Below are positions 23,301 through 38,300 of a DNA stretch of 64,000 bases, piece after piece. The position numbers and the translations under genes were made by a program. Origin of the DNA: Eledone cirrhosa (lineage: Eukaryota). The notes under the pieces were generated by a model. It was not told the origin of the DNA and ran no database searches. It saw nothing but the letters and a program-made list of their open reading frames with translations. Within the stretch, counting starts at the first letter, position 1; the number at the start of each line of letters is the position of its first letter. The stretch is taken from positions 223,076,001-223,140,000 of the forward strand of contig OZ024743.1 in assembly GCA_964016885.1 (NCBI GenBank), read 5' to 3'.

Positions 23301-26300
23301 AGTTGACTATATCCATGCTAGCACATTGCCTTCAAAGGTAGAGTTGACTGTATCCAAGCTGGGACACTGCTTTCTAAGGTACAGTTGACTATATCCATGC
23401 TAGCACATTGCCTTCAAAGGTACAGTTGACTGTATCCATGCTGGGACACTGCTTTCTAAGGTACAGTTGACTGTATCCATGCTGGGACATTGCCTTCAAA
23501 GGTACTGTTTACTGTATCCATGCTAGGACATTGCCTTCAAAGGTACAGTTGACTGTATCCAAGCTGGGACACTGCTTTCTAATGTACAGTTGACTATATC
23601 CATGCTAGGACATTGCCTTCAAAGGTACTGTTTACTGTATCCATGCTAGGACATTGCCTTCAAAGGTAGAGTTGACTGTATCCAAGCTGGGACACTGCTT
23701 TCAAAGGTACAGTTGACTGTCTCCATGCTGGGACACTGCCTTCAAAGGTACAGTTGACTGTATATATGCTGGGACACTGCCTTCAAAGGTACAGTTGACT
23801 GTATCCATGCTGGGACACTGCCTTCAAAGGTAAAGTTGACTGTATCCATGCTAGGACACTGCATTCAAAGGTACAGTTGACTGTATCCATGCTGGGACAC
23901 TGCCTTCAAAGGTAAAGTTGACTGTATCCATGCTAGGACACTGCATTCAAAGGTACAGTTGACTGTATCCATGCTAGGACATTGCTTTCAAAGGTACAGT
24001 TGACTGTCTCCATGCTGGGACACTGCCTTCAAAGGTACAGTTGACTGTAACCAAGCTGGGACACTACTTTCTAAGGTACAGTTGACTGTATCCATGCTGG
24101 GACACTGCCTTCAAAGGTACAGTTGACTGTATCCATGCTAGTATATTGCTTTCTAAGGTACAGTTGACTGTATCCATGCTGGGACACTGCCTTCAAAGGT
24201 ACAGTTGACTGTATCCAAGCTAGGACACTGCCTTCAAAGGTACAGTTGACTATATGCATGATGGCACACTGCCTTCAAAGGTACAGTTGACTGTATCGAA
24301 GCTGGGGCACTGCCTTCAAGGGTACAGTTGACTGTATCCATGCTAGGACATTGCTTTCTAAGGTACAGTTGACTGTATTGATGCTAGGACACTGCCTTCA
24401 AAGGTACAGTTGACTGTATCCAAGCTGTGACACTGCTTTCTAAGGTACAGTTGACTGTATCCATGCTAGGACATTGCCTTCAAAGGTACACTTGACTGTA
24501 TCCATGCTAGGACACTGCCTTCAAAGGTACAGTTGACTGTATCCAAGCTGGGACACTGCCTTCAAAGGTAGAGTTGACAGTATCCATGCTGGGACACTGC
24601 CTTCAAAGGTACATTTGACTGTATCCATGCTAGGATATTGCTTTCTAAGGTACAGTTGACTGTATCAATGCTGGGACACTGCCTCCAAAGGTACAGTTGA
24701 CTGTATCCATGCTGGGACACTGCCTTCAAAGGTACATTTGACTGTATCCATGCTGGGACACTGCCTTCAAAGGTACAGTTGGCTGTATCCAAGCTGAGAC
24801 ACTGCTTTCTAAGGTACTGTTGACTGTATCCATGCTAGGATATTGTTTTCTAAGGTACAGTTCACTGTATCCATGCTGGGACACTGCTTTCTAAGGTGGA
24901 GTCGAGTGTATCCATGCTGGGACACTGGTTTCTAAGGTACAGTTGACTGTATCCATGCTGGGACATTGCTTTCTAAGGTACAGTTGACTGTATCCAAGCT
25001 GGGACACTGCCTTCAAAGGTACAATTGACTGTATCCTTGCTAGGACATTGCCTTCAAAGGTAGAGTTGACTGGATCCAAGCTGGGACACTGCTTTTTAAG
25101 GTACAGTTGACTGTATCCAAGCTGGGACACTGCCTTCAAAGGTACAGTTGACTGTATCCATGCTGGGACATTGCTTTCTAAGGTACAGTTGACTGTATCC
25201 AAGCTGGGACACTGCCTTCAAAGGTACAATTGACTGTATCCATGCTAGTACATTGCCTTCAAAGGTAGAGTTGACTGGATCCAAGCTGGGACACTGCTTT
25301 TTAAGGTACAGTTGAATGTATCCAAGCTGGGACACTGCCTTCAAAGGTACAGTTGACTATATCCATGCTAGGACATTGCTTTCTAAGGTACAGTTGACTG
25401 TATCCATGCTCGGACATTGCTTTCTAAGGTACAGTTTACTGTATCCATGCTAGGACACTGACTTCAAAGGTACAGTTGACTGTATCCAAGCTGGGACACT
25501 GCTTTCTAAGGTACAGTTGACTGTATCCATGCTGGGACACTGCCTTCAAAGGTACAGTTGACTGTATCCATGCTAGGATATTGCTTTCTAAGGTACAGTT
25601 GACTGTATCAATGCTGGGACACTGCCTTCAAAGGTACAGTTGACTGTATCCATTCTGGGACACTGCTTTCTAAGGTACAGTTCACTGTATCCATGCTGGG
25701 ACACTGCCTTCAAAGGTACAGTTGACTGTATATATGCTGGGACACTGCCTCCAAAGGTACAGTTGACTGTATCCATGCTAGGACATTGCTTTCTAAGGTA
25801 GTTGACTGTATTGATGCTAGGATACTGCCTTCAAAGGTACAGTTGACTGTATCCAAGCTGGGACTCTGCTTTCTAAGGTACATTTGACTATATCCATGAT
25901 GGGACACTGCCTTCAAAGGTACAATTGACTGTATCCAAGCTGGGACACTGCCTTCAAAGGTACAGTTGACTGTATCCATACTAGGACATTGCTTTCTAAG
26001 GTACAGTTGACTGTATTGATGCTAGGACACTGCCTTCAAAGCTACAGTTGACTGTATCCCAGCTGGGACACTGCTTTCTAAGGTACAGTTGACTGTATCC
26101 ATGCTAGGACATTGCATTCAAAGGTACACTTGACTGTATCCATGCTAGGACAATGCCTTCAAAGGTACAGTTGACTGTATCCATGCTGGGACACTGCCTT
26201 CAAAGGTACAGTTGACTGTATCCAAGCTGGCACACTGCCTTCAAAGGTACAGTTGGCTGTATCCAAGCTGAAACACTGCTTTCTAAGGTACAGTTGACTG

Positions 26301-29300
26301 TATCCATGCTGGGACATTGCCTTCAAAGGTACAGTTGACTGTATCCAAGCTGCGACACTGCCTTCAAAGGTAATTGACTGTATTGCTGCTAGGACATTGC
26401 CTTGAAAGGTACAGTTGAATGTATCCAAGTTGGGACACTGCTTTCTAAGGTACAGTTGACTGTATCCATGCTGGGACACTGCTTTCTAAGGTGGAGTTGA
26501 CTGTATCCATGCTGGGACACTGCTTTCTAAGGTACAGTTGACTGTATCCATGCAGGGACACTGCCTTCAAAGGTACAATTGACTGTATCCTTGCTAGGAC
26601 ATTGCCTTCAAAGGTAGAGTTGACTGGATCCAAGCTGGGACACTGCTTTTTAAGGTACAGTTGACTATATCCATGCTAGGACATTGCTTTCTAAGGTACA
26701 GTTGACTGTATCCATGCTGGGATATTGCCTTCAAAGGCACTGTTTACTGTATCCATGCTAGGACATTGCCTTCAAAGGTACAGTTGACTGTATCCAAGCT
26801 GGGACAATGTTTCTAAGGTACAGTTGACTATATCCATGCTAGGACATTGCTTTCTAAGGTACAGTTGACTATATCCATGCTAGGACATTGCCTTCAAAGG
26901 TAGAGTTGACTGTGTCCAAGATGGGACACTGCTTTCTAAGGGCCAGTTGACTGTATCCATGCTGGGACATTGCTTTCTAAGGTACAGTTGACTGTATCCA
27001 AGCTGGGACACTGCCTTCAAAGGTACAGTTGACTGTATCCATGCTGGGACACTGCTTTCTAAGGTACAGTTGACTATATCCATGCTAGGACATTGCCTTC
27101 AGAGGTAGAGTTGACTGTATCCAAGCTGGGACACTGCTTTCTAAGGTTCAGTTGACTGTATCCATGCTAGAACATTGCCTTCAAAGGTACAGTTGACTGT
27201 ATCCATGCTCGGACATTGCCTTCAAATGTACAGTTGACTGTATCCATGCTGGGACACTGCCTTCAAAGGTAAAGTTGACTGTATCCATGCTAGGACACTG
27301 CATTCAAAGGTACAGTTGACTGTATCACTGCTAGGACATTGCCTTCAAAGGTACAGTTGACTGTATCCATGCTAGGACATTGGTTTCTAAGGTACAGTTG
27401 ACTGTATCCATGCTGGGACACTGCCTTCAAAGGTACAGTTGACTGTATCCATGCTGGGACACTGCTTTCTAAGGTACAGTTGACTGTATCCATGCTGGGA
27501 CACTGCCTTCAAAGGTACAGTTGACTGTATCCATGCTAGGATATTGCTTTCTAAGGTACAGTTGACTGTATTGATGCTAGGATACTGCCTTCAAAGGTAC
27601 AGTTGACTGTATCCAAGCTGGGACACTGCTTTCTAAGGTACATTTGACTATATCCATGATGGGACACTGCCTTCAAAGGTACAATTGACTGTATCCAAGC
27701 TGGGACACTGCCTTCAAAGGTACAGTTGACTGTATCCATACTAGGACATTGCTTTCTAAGGTACAGTTAACTGTATTGATGCTAGGACACTGCCTTCAAA
27801 GGTACAGTTGACTGTATCCAAGCTGGGACACTGCTTTCTAAGGTACAGTTGACTGTATCCATGCTAGGACATTGCCTTCAAAGGTACACTTGACTGTATC
27901 CATGCTAGGACAATGCCTTCAAAGGTACAATTGACTGTATCCATGCTGGGACACTGCCTTCAAAGGTACAGTTGACTGTATCCAAGCTGGGACACTGCCT
28001 TCAAAGGTACAGTTGACTGTATCCAAGCTGCGACACTGCCTTCAAAGGTAATTGACTGTATTGCTGCTAGGACATTGCCTTCAAAGGTACAGTTGAATGT
28101 ATCCAAGTTGGGACACTGCTTTCTAAGGTACAGTTGACTGTATCCATGCTGGGACACTGCTTTCTAAGGTACAGTTGACTGTATCCAAGCTGTGACACTG
28201 TTTTCTAAGGTGGAGTTGACTGTATCCATGCTGGGACACTGCTTTCTAAGGTACAGTTGACTGTATCCATGCTGGGACACTGCCTTCAAAGGTACAGTTG
28301 ACTGTATCCATGCTGGGACACTGCCTTCAAAGGTACAGTTAACTGTATCCATGCTAGGACATTACCTTCAAAGGTACAGTTGACTGTATCCATGCTGGGA
28401 CACTGCCTTCAAAGGTAAAGTTGACTGTATCCATGCTAGGACACTGCATTCAAAGGTACAGTTGACTGTATCCCTGCTAGAACATTGCCTTCAAAGCTAC
28501 AGTTGACTGTATCCATGCTAGGACATTGGTTTCTAAGTTACAGTTGACTGTGTTGATGCTAGGACACTGCCTTCAAAGGTACAGTTGACTGTATCCAAGC
28601 TGGGACACTGCTTTCTAAGGTACAGTTGACTGTATCCATGCTGGGACACTGCCTTCAAAGGTACAGTTGACTGTATCCATGCTAGGATATTGCTTTCTAA
28701 GGTACAGTTGACTGTATCCATGCTGGGACACTGCCTTCAAAGGTACAGTTGACTGTATCCATGCTGGGACACTGCCTTCAAAGGTACAGTTGACTGTCTC
28801 CATGCTGGGACACTGCCTTCAAAGGTACAGTTGACTGTATATATGCTGGGACACTGCCTTCAAAGGTACAGTTGACTGTATCCATGCTGGGACACTGCCT
28901 TCAAAGGTAAAGTTGACTGTATCCATGCTAGGACACTGCATTCAAAGGTACAGTTGACTGTATCCATGCTGGGACACTGCCTTCAAAGGTAAAGTTGACT
29001 GTATCCATGCTAGGACACTGCATTCAAAGGTACAGTTGACTGTATCCATGCTAGGACATTGCTTTCAAAGGTACAGTTGACTGTCTCCATGCTGGGACAC
29101 TGCCTTCAAAGGTACAGTTGACTGTAACCAAGCTGGGACACTACTTTCTAAGGTACAGTTGACTGTATCCATGATGGGACACTGCCTTCAAAGGTACAGT
29201 TGACTGTATCCATGCTAGTATATTGCTTTCTAAGGTACAGTTGACTGTATCCATGCTGGGACACTGCCTTCAAAGGTACAGTTGACTGTATCCAAGCTAG

Positions 29301-32300
29301 GACACTGCCTTCAAAGGTACAGTTGACTATATGCATGATGGCACACTGCCTTCAAAGGTACAGTTGACTGTATCGAAGCTGGGGCACTGCCTTCAAGGGT
29401 ACAGTTGACTGTATCCATGCTAGGACATTGCTTTCTAAGGTACAGTTGACTGTATTGATGCTAGGACACTGCCTTCAAAGGTACAGTTGACTGTATCCAA
29501 GCTGTGACATTGCCTTCAAAGGTACACTTGACTGTATCCATGCTAGGACAGTGCCTTCAAAGGTACAGTTGACTGTATCCAAGCTGGGACACTCCCTTCA
29601 AAGGTAGAGTTGACAGTATCCATGCTGGGACACTGCCTTCAAAGGTACATTTGACTGTATCCATGCTGGGACACTGCCTTCAAAGGTACAGTTGACTGTA
29701 TCCAAGCTAGGACACTGCCTCCAAAGGTACAGTTGACTGTATCCATGCTGGGACACTGCCTTCAAAGGTACATTTGACTGTATCCATGCTTGGACACTGC
29801 CTTCAAAGGTACAGTTGGCTGTATCCAAGCTGAGACATTGCTTTCTAAGGTACAGTTGACTGTATCCAAGCTGGGACACTGCCTTCAAAGGTACAATTGA
29901 CTGTATCCATGCTAGTACATTGCCTTCAAAGGTAGAGTTGACTGGATCCAAGCTGGAACACTGCTTTTTAAGGTACAGTTGAATGTATCCAAGCTGGGAC
30001 ACTGCCTTCAAAGGTACAGTTGGCTGTATCCAAGCTGAGACATTGCTTTCTAAGGTACAGTTGACTGTATCCATGCTCGGACATTGCTTTCTAAGGAACA
30101 GTTTACTGTATCCATGCTAGGACACTGCCTTCAAAGGTACAGTTGACTGTATCCAAGCTGGGACACTGCTTTCTAAGGTACAGTTGACTGTATCCATGCT
30201 GGGACACTGCCTTCAAAGGTACAGTTGACTGTATCCATGCTAGGATATTGCTTTCTAAGGTACAGTTGACTGTATCAATGCTGGGAAACTGCCTTCAAAG
30301 GTACAGTTGACTGTATCCATTCTGGGACACTGCTTTCTAAGGTACAGTTCACTGTATCCATGCTGGGACACTGCCTTCAAAGGTACAGTTGACTGTATAT
30401 ATGCTGGGACACTGCCTCCAAAGGTACAGTTGACTGTATCCATGCTAGGACATTGCTTTCTAAGGTAGTTGACTGTATTGATGCTAGGATACTGCCTTCA
30501 AAGGTACAGTTGACTGTATCCAAGCTGGGACTCTGCTTTCTAAGGTACATTTGACTATATCCATGATGGGACACTGCCTTCAAAGGTACAATTGACTGTA
30601 TCCAAGCTGGGACACTGCCTTCAAAGGTACAGTTGACTGTATCCATACTAGGACATTGCTTTCTAAGGTACAGTTGACTGTATTGATGCTAGGACACTGC
30701 CTTCAAAGGTACAGTTGACTGTATCCCAGCTGGGACACTGCTTTCTAAGGTACAGTTGACTGTATCCATGCTAGGACATTGCCTTCAATGGTACACTTGA
30801 CTGTATCCATGCTAGGACAATGCCTTCAAAGGTACAGTTGACTGTATCCATGCTGGGACACTGCCTTCAAAGGTACAGTTGACTGTATCCAAGCTGGGAC
30901 ACTGCCTTCAAAGGTACAGTTGGCTGTATCCAAGCTGAAACACTGCTTTCTAAGGTACAGTTGACTGTATCCATGCTGGGACATTGCCTTCAAAGGTACA
31001 GTTGACTGTATCCAAGCTGCGACACTGCCTTCAAAGGTAATTGACTGTATTGCTGCTAGGACATTGCCTTGAAAGGTACAGTTGAATGTATCCAAGTTGG
31101 GACACTGCTTTCTAAGGTACAGTTGACTGTATCCATGCTGGGACACTGCTTTCTAAGGTGGAGTTGACTGTATCCATGCTGGGACACTGCTTTCTAAGGT
31201 ACAGTTGACTGTATCCATGCAGGGACACTGCCTTCAAATGTACAATTGACTGTATCCTTGCTAGGACATTGCCTTCAAAGGTAGAGTTGACTGGATCCAA
31301 GCTGGGACACTGCTTTTTAAGGTACAGTTGACTATATCCATGCTAGGACATTGCTTTCTAAGGTACAGTTGACTGTATCCATGCTGGGATATTGCCTTCA
31401 AAGGTACTGTTTACTGTATCCATGCTAGGACATTGCCTTCAAAGGTATAGTTGACCGTATCCAAGCTGGGACAATGTTTCTAAGGTACAGTTGACTATAT
31501 CCATGCTAGGACATTGCTTTCTAAGGTACAGTTGACTATATCCATGCTAGGACATTGCCTTCAAAGGTAGAGTTGACTGTGTCCAAGATGGGACACTGCT
31601 TTCTAAGGGCCAGTTGACTGTATCCATGCTGGGACATTGCTTTCTAAGGTACAGTTGACTGTATCCAAGCTGGGACACTGCCTTCAAAGGTACAGTTGAC
31701 TGTATCCATGCTGGGACACTGCTTTCTAAGGTACAGTTGACTATATCCATGCTAGGACATTGCCTTCAGAGGTAGAGTTGACTGTATCCAAGCTGGGACA
31801 CTGCTTTCTAAGGCACAGTTGACTGTATCCATGCTAGAACATTGCCTTCAAAGGTACAGTTGACTGTATCCATGCTCGGACATTGCCTTCAAATGTACAG
31901 TTGACTGTATCCATGCTGGGACACTGCCTTCAAAGGTAAAGTTGACTGTATCCATGCTAGGACACTGCATTCAAAGGTACAGTTGACTGTATCACTGCTA
32001 GGACATTGCCTTCAAAGGTACAGTTGACTGTATCCATGCTAGGACATTGGTTTCTAAGGTACAGTTGACTGTATCCATGCTGGGACACTGCCTTCAAAGG
32101 TACAGTTGACTCTATCCATGCTGGGACACTGCTTTCTAAGGTACAGTTGACTGTATCCATGCTGGGACACTGCCTTCAAAGGTACAGTTGACTGTATCCA
32201 TGCTAGGATATTGCTTTCTAAGGTACAGTTGACTGTATTGATGCTAGGATACTGCCTTCAAAGGTACAGTTGACTGTATCCAAGCTGGGACACTGCTTTC

Positions 32301-35300
32301 TAAGGTACATTTGACTATATCCATGATGGGACACTGCCTTCAAAGGTACAATTGACTGTATCCAAGCTGGGACACTGCCTTCAAAGGTACAGTTGACTGT
32401 ATCCATACTAGGACATTGCTTTCTAAGGTACAGTTAACTGTATTGATGCTAGGACACTGCCTTCAAAGGTACAGTTGACTGTATCCAAGCTGGGACACTG
32501 CTTTCTAAGGTACAGTTGACTGTATCCATGCTAGGACATTGCCTTCAAAGGTACACTTGACTGTATCCATGCTAGGACAATGCCTTCAAAGGTACAATTG
32601 ACTGTATCCATGCTGGGACACTGCCTTCAAAGGTACAGTTGACTGTATCCAAGCTGGGACACTGCCTTCAAAGGTACAGTTGGCTGTATCCAAGCTGAAA
32701 CACTGCTTTCTAAGGTACAGTTGACTGTATCCATGCTGGGACACTGCCTTCAAAGGTACAGTTGACTGTATCCAAGCTGCGACACTGCCTTCAAAGGTAA
32801 TTGACTGTATTGCTGCTAGGACATTGCCTTCAAAGGTACAGTTGAATGTATCCAAGTTGGGACACTGCTTTCTAAGGTACAGTTGACTGTATCCATGCTG
32901 GGACACTGCTTTCTAAGGTACAGTTGACTGTATCCAAGCTGTGACACTGTTTTCTAAGGTGGAGTTGACTGTATCCATGCTGGGACACTGCTTTCTAAGG
33001 TACAGTTGACTGTATCCATGCTGGGACACTGCCTTCAAAGGTACAGTTGACTGTATCCATGCTGGGACACTGCCTTCAAAGGTACAGTTAACTGTATCCA
33101 TGCTAGGACATTACCTTCAAAGGTACAGTTGACTGTATCCATGCTAGGACATTGGTTTCTAAGTTACAGTTGACTGTGTTGATGCTAGGACACTGCCTTC
33201 AAAGGTACAGTTGACTGTATCCAAGCTGGGACACTGCTTTCTAAGGTACAGTTGACTGTATCCATGCTGGGACACTGCCTTCAAAGGTACAGTTGACTGT
33301 ATCCATGCTAGGATATTGCTTTCTAAGGTACAGTTGACTGTATCCATGCTGGGACACTGCCTTCAAAGGTACAGTTGACTGTATCCATGCTGGGACACTG
33401 CCTTCAAAGGTACAGTTGACTGTATCCATGCTAGGACATTGCTTTCTAAGGTACAGTTGACTGTATTGATGCTAGGATACTGCCTTCAAAGGTACAGTTG
33501 ACTGTATCCAAGCTGGGACACAGCTTTCTAAGGTACATTTGACTATATCCATGATGGGACACTGCCTTCAAAGGTACAGTTGACTGTATCCAAGCTGGGA
33601 CACTGCCTTCAAAGGTACAGTTGACTGTATCCATACTAGGACATTGCTTTCTAAGGTACAGTTGACTGTATTGATGCTAGCACACTGCCTTCAAAGGTAC
33701 AGTTGACTGTATCCAAGCTGGGACACAGCTTTCTAAGGTACATTTGACTATATCCATGATGGGACACTGCCTTCAAATGTACAGTTGACTGTATCCATGC
33801 TGGGACACTGCCTTCAAAGGTACAGTTGACTGTATCCAAGCTGGGACACTGCCTTCAAAGGTACAGTTGGCTGTATCCAAGCTGGGACACTGCTTTCTAA
33901 GGTACAGTTGACTGTATCCATGCTGGGACACTGCCTTCAAAGGTACAGTTGACTGTATCCAAGCTGCGACACTGCCTTCAAAGGTAATTGACTGTATTGC
34001 TGCTAGGACATTGCCTTCAAAGGTACAGTTGAATGTATCCATGTTGGGACACTGCTTTCTAAGGTACAGTTGACTGTATCCATGCTGGGACACTGCTTTC
34101 TAAGGTACAGTTGACTGTATCCAAGCTGTGACACTGTTTTCTAAGGTGGAGTTGACTGTATCCATGCTGGGACACTGCTTTCTAAGGTACAGTTGACTGT
34201 ATCCATGCTGGGACACTGCCTTCAAAGGTATAGTTGACTGTATCCATGCTGGGACACTGCCTTCAAAGCTACAGTTAACTGTATCCATTCTAGGACATTA
34301 CCTTCAAAGGTACAGTTGACTGTATCCATGCTAGGATATTGCTTTCTAAGGTACAGTTGACTGTATCCATGCTGGGGCACTGCCTTCAAAGGTAAAGTTG
34401 ACTGTATCCATGCTGGGGCACTGCCTTCAAAGGTAAAGTTGACTGTATCCATGCTGGGGCACTGCCTTCAAAGGTACAGTTGACTGTATCCATGCTCGGG
34501 CACTGCCTTCAAAGGTAAAGTTGACTGTATCCATGCTAGGAGATTGCTTTCTAAGGTACAGTTGACTGTATTGATGCTAGGACACTGCCTTCAAAGGTAC
34601 AGTTGACTGTATCCAAGCTGGGACACTGCTTTCTAAAGTACAGTTGACTGCATCCATGCTAGGATATTGCCTTCAAAGGTACAGTTGACTGTATCCAAGC
34701 TGGGACACTGCTTTCTAAAGTACAGTTGACTGCATCCATGCTGGGACAATGCCTTCAAAGGTACAGTTGACTGTATCCATGCTGGGACACTGCCTTCAAA
34801 GGTAAAGTTGACTGTATCCATGCTGGGGCACTGCCTTCAAAGGTACAGTTGACTGTATCCATGCTGGGACATTGCCTTCAAAGGTACAGTTGACTGTATC
34901 CATGCTAGGACAATGTCTTCAAAGGTACAGTTGACTGTATCCATGCTGGGACACTGCCTTCAAAGGTACAGTTGACTGTATCCATGCTAGGACATTGCCT
35001 TCAAAGGTACAGCTGACTGTATCCATGCTGGGACATTGGTTTCTAAGTTACAGTTGACTGTATTGATGCTAGGACACTGCCTTCAAATGTACAGTTGACT
35101 GTATCCAAGCTGGGACACTGCTTTTTAAGGTACAGTAGAATGTATCCATGCTGGGACACTGCCTTCAAAGGTACAGTTGACTGTATCCAAGCTGGGACAC
35201 TGCCTTCAAAGGTAATTGACTGTATTTCTGCTAGGACACTGCCTTCAAAGGTACAGTTGAATGTATCCAAGTTGGGACACTGTTTTGTAAGGTACAGTTC

Positions 35301-38300
35301 ACTGTATCCAAGCAGGGACACTGCTTTCTAATGTGGAGTTGACCGTATCCATGCTGGGACACTGCTTTCTAAGGTACAGTTGACTGTATCCAAAATGTGA
35401 CACTGCCTTCAAAGGTACAGTTGACTGTATCCATGCTGGGACACTGCGTTCTAAGGTACAGTTGACTATATCCATGCTAGGACATTGCCTTCAAAGGTAC
35501 AGTTGACTGTATCCATGCTAGGACACTGCATTCAAAGGTACAGTTGACTGTATCCATGCTAGGACATTGCTTTCAAATGTACAGTTGACTGTCTCCATGC
35601 TGGGACACTGCTTTCAAAGGTACAGTTGACTGTATCCAAGCTGGGACACTACTTTCTAAGGTACAGTTGACTGTATCCATGCTGGGACACTGCCTTCAAA
35701 TGTACAGTTGACTGTATCCATGCTAGGATATTGCTCTCTAAGGTACAGTTGACTGTATCCATGCTGGGACACTGCCTTCAAAGGTACAGTTGACTGTATC
35801 CATGCTGGGACACTGCTTTCTAAGGTACAGTTGACTATATCCATGCTAGGACATTGCCTTCAAATGTACAGTTGAATGTATCCATGCTGGGACACTGCCT
35901 TCAAAGGTACAGTTGACTGTATCCAAGCTGGGACATTGCCTTCAAAGGTAGAGTTGACTGTATGCAAGCTGGGACACTGCCTTCTAAGGTACAGTTGACT
36001 GTATCCATGCTAGGACATTGCCTTCAAAGGTAGAGTTGACTGTATCCAAGCTGGGACACTGCTTTCTAAGGTACAGTTGACTATATCCATGCTTGCACAT
36101 TGCCTTCAAAGGTACAGCTGACTGTATCCATGCTGGGACACTGCTTTCTAAGGTACAGTTGACTGTATCCATGCTGGGACATTGCCTTCAAAGGTACTGT
36201 TTACTCTATCCATGCTAGGACATTGCCTTCAAAGGTAGAGTTGACTGTATCCAAGCTGGGACACTGCTTTCTAAGGTACAGTTGACTATATCCATGCTAG
36301 GACATTGCCTTCAAAGGTACAGTTGACTGTATACATGTTAGGACATTGCCTTCAAAGGTACAGTTGACTGTATCCATGCTAGGACATTGCTTTCAAAGGT
36401 ACAGTTGACTGTCTCCATGCTGGGACACTGCCTTCAAAGGTACAGTTGACTGTATCCCTGCTAGGACATTGATTTCTAAGGTACAGTTGACTGTATTGAT
36501 GCTAGGACACTGCCTTCAAAGGTAGAGTTGACTGTATCCAAGCTGGGACATTGCCTTCAAAGGTACAGTTGACTGTATCCATGCTAGGACATTGCCTTCA
36601 AAGGTACAGTTGACTGTATCCATGCTAGGACATTGGTTTCTAAGTTACAGTTGACTGTATTGATGCTAGGACACTGCCTTCAAAGGCACAGTTGACTGTA
36701 TCCATGTTGGGACACTGCCTTCAAGGGTACAGTTAACTGTATCCATGCTAGGACATTGGTTTCTAAGTTACAGTTGACTGTATTGATGCTAGGACACTGC
36801 CTTCAAAGGCACAGTTGACTGTATCCAATCTGGGACAATGCTTTCTAAGGTACAGTAGTCTGTCTCCATGCTGGGACACTGCCTTCAAAGGTACAGTTGA
36901 CTGTATCCATGCTGTGACACTGCCTTTAAAGGTACAGTTGACTGTATCCAAGCTGGTACACTGCCTTCAAAGGTAATTGACTGTATTGCTGCTAGGACAC
37001 TGCCTTCAAAGGTACAGTTGAATGTATCCAAGTTGGGACACTGCTTTCTAAGGTACAGTTGACTGTGTCCATGCTGGGACACTGCTTTCTAAGGTACAGT
37101 TGACTGTATCCAAGCTGGGACAGTGCTTTCTAAGGTGGAGTTGACTGTATCCATGCTGGGACACAGCTTTCTATGGTACAGTTGACTGTATCGATGCTGG
37201 GACACTGCCTTCAAAGGTACAGTTGACTGTATCCATGCTGGGACACTGCTTTCTAAGGTACAGTTGACTGTGTCCATGCTGGGACACTGCCCTCAAAGGT
37301 ACAGTTGACTGTATCCATGCTGGGACACTGCTTTCTAAGGTACAGTTGACTGTATCCAAGCTGGGACACTGCTTTCTAAGGTACAGTTGATTGTATCCAA
37401 GCTGGGACACTGCTTTCTAAGGTAGAGTTGACTGTATCCATGCTGGGACACTGCCCTCAAAGGTACAGTTGACTGTATCCATGCTGGGACACTGCTTTCT
37501 AAGGTACAGTTGACTGTGTCCAATCTGGGACAATGCTTTCTCAGGTACAGTTGACTGTATCCAAGCTGGGACACTGCCTTCAAAGGTACAGTTGACTGTA
37601 TCCATGCTGGGACACTGCCCTCAAAGGTACAGTTGACTGTATCCATGCTGGGACACTGCTTTCTAAGGTACAGTTGACTGTATCCAAGCTGGGACACTGC
37701 TTTCTAAGGCGGAGTTGAGTGTATCCATGCTGGGACACTACTTTTTAAGGTACAGTTGACTGTATCCATGCTGGCACACTGCCTTCAAAGGTACAGTTGG
37801 CTGTATCCATTCTGGGACACTGCTTTCTAAGGTACAGTTGACTGTATCTAAGTTGGGACACTGCTTTATAAGGTAGAGTTGACTTTATCCATGCTGGGAC
37901 ACTGCTTTCTAAGGTACAGTTGACTGTATCCATGCTGGGACCATGTCTTCAAAGGTACAGTTGACTGTATCCAAGCTGGGACACTGCCTTCAAAGGTACA
38001 GTTGACTGTATCCATGCTGGGACACTGCTTTCTAAGGTAGAGTTGACTGTATGCAAGCTGGGACACTGCTTTCTAAGGTACAGTTGACTGTATCTATGCT
38101 GGGACACTGCTTTCTAAGGTACAGTTGACTGTATCCAAGCTAGGACACTGCCTTCAAAGGTAGAGTTGACTATATTAATGATAGGACACTGCTTTCTAAG
38201 GTAAAGTTGACTGTATTGAGGATAGGACATTGCCTTCAAAGGTAGAGTTGACTGTATCTATGATGGGACACTGCCTTCAAAGGTACAGTTGACTGGATCC

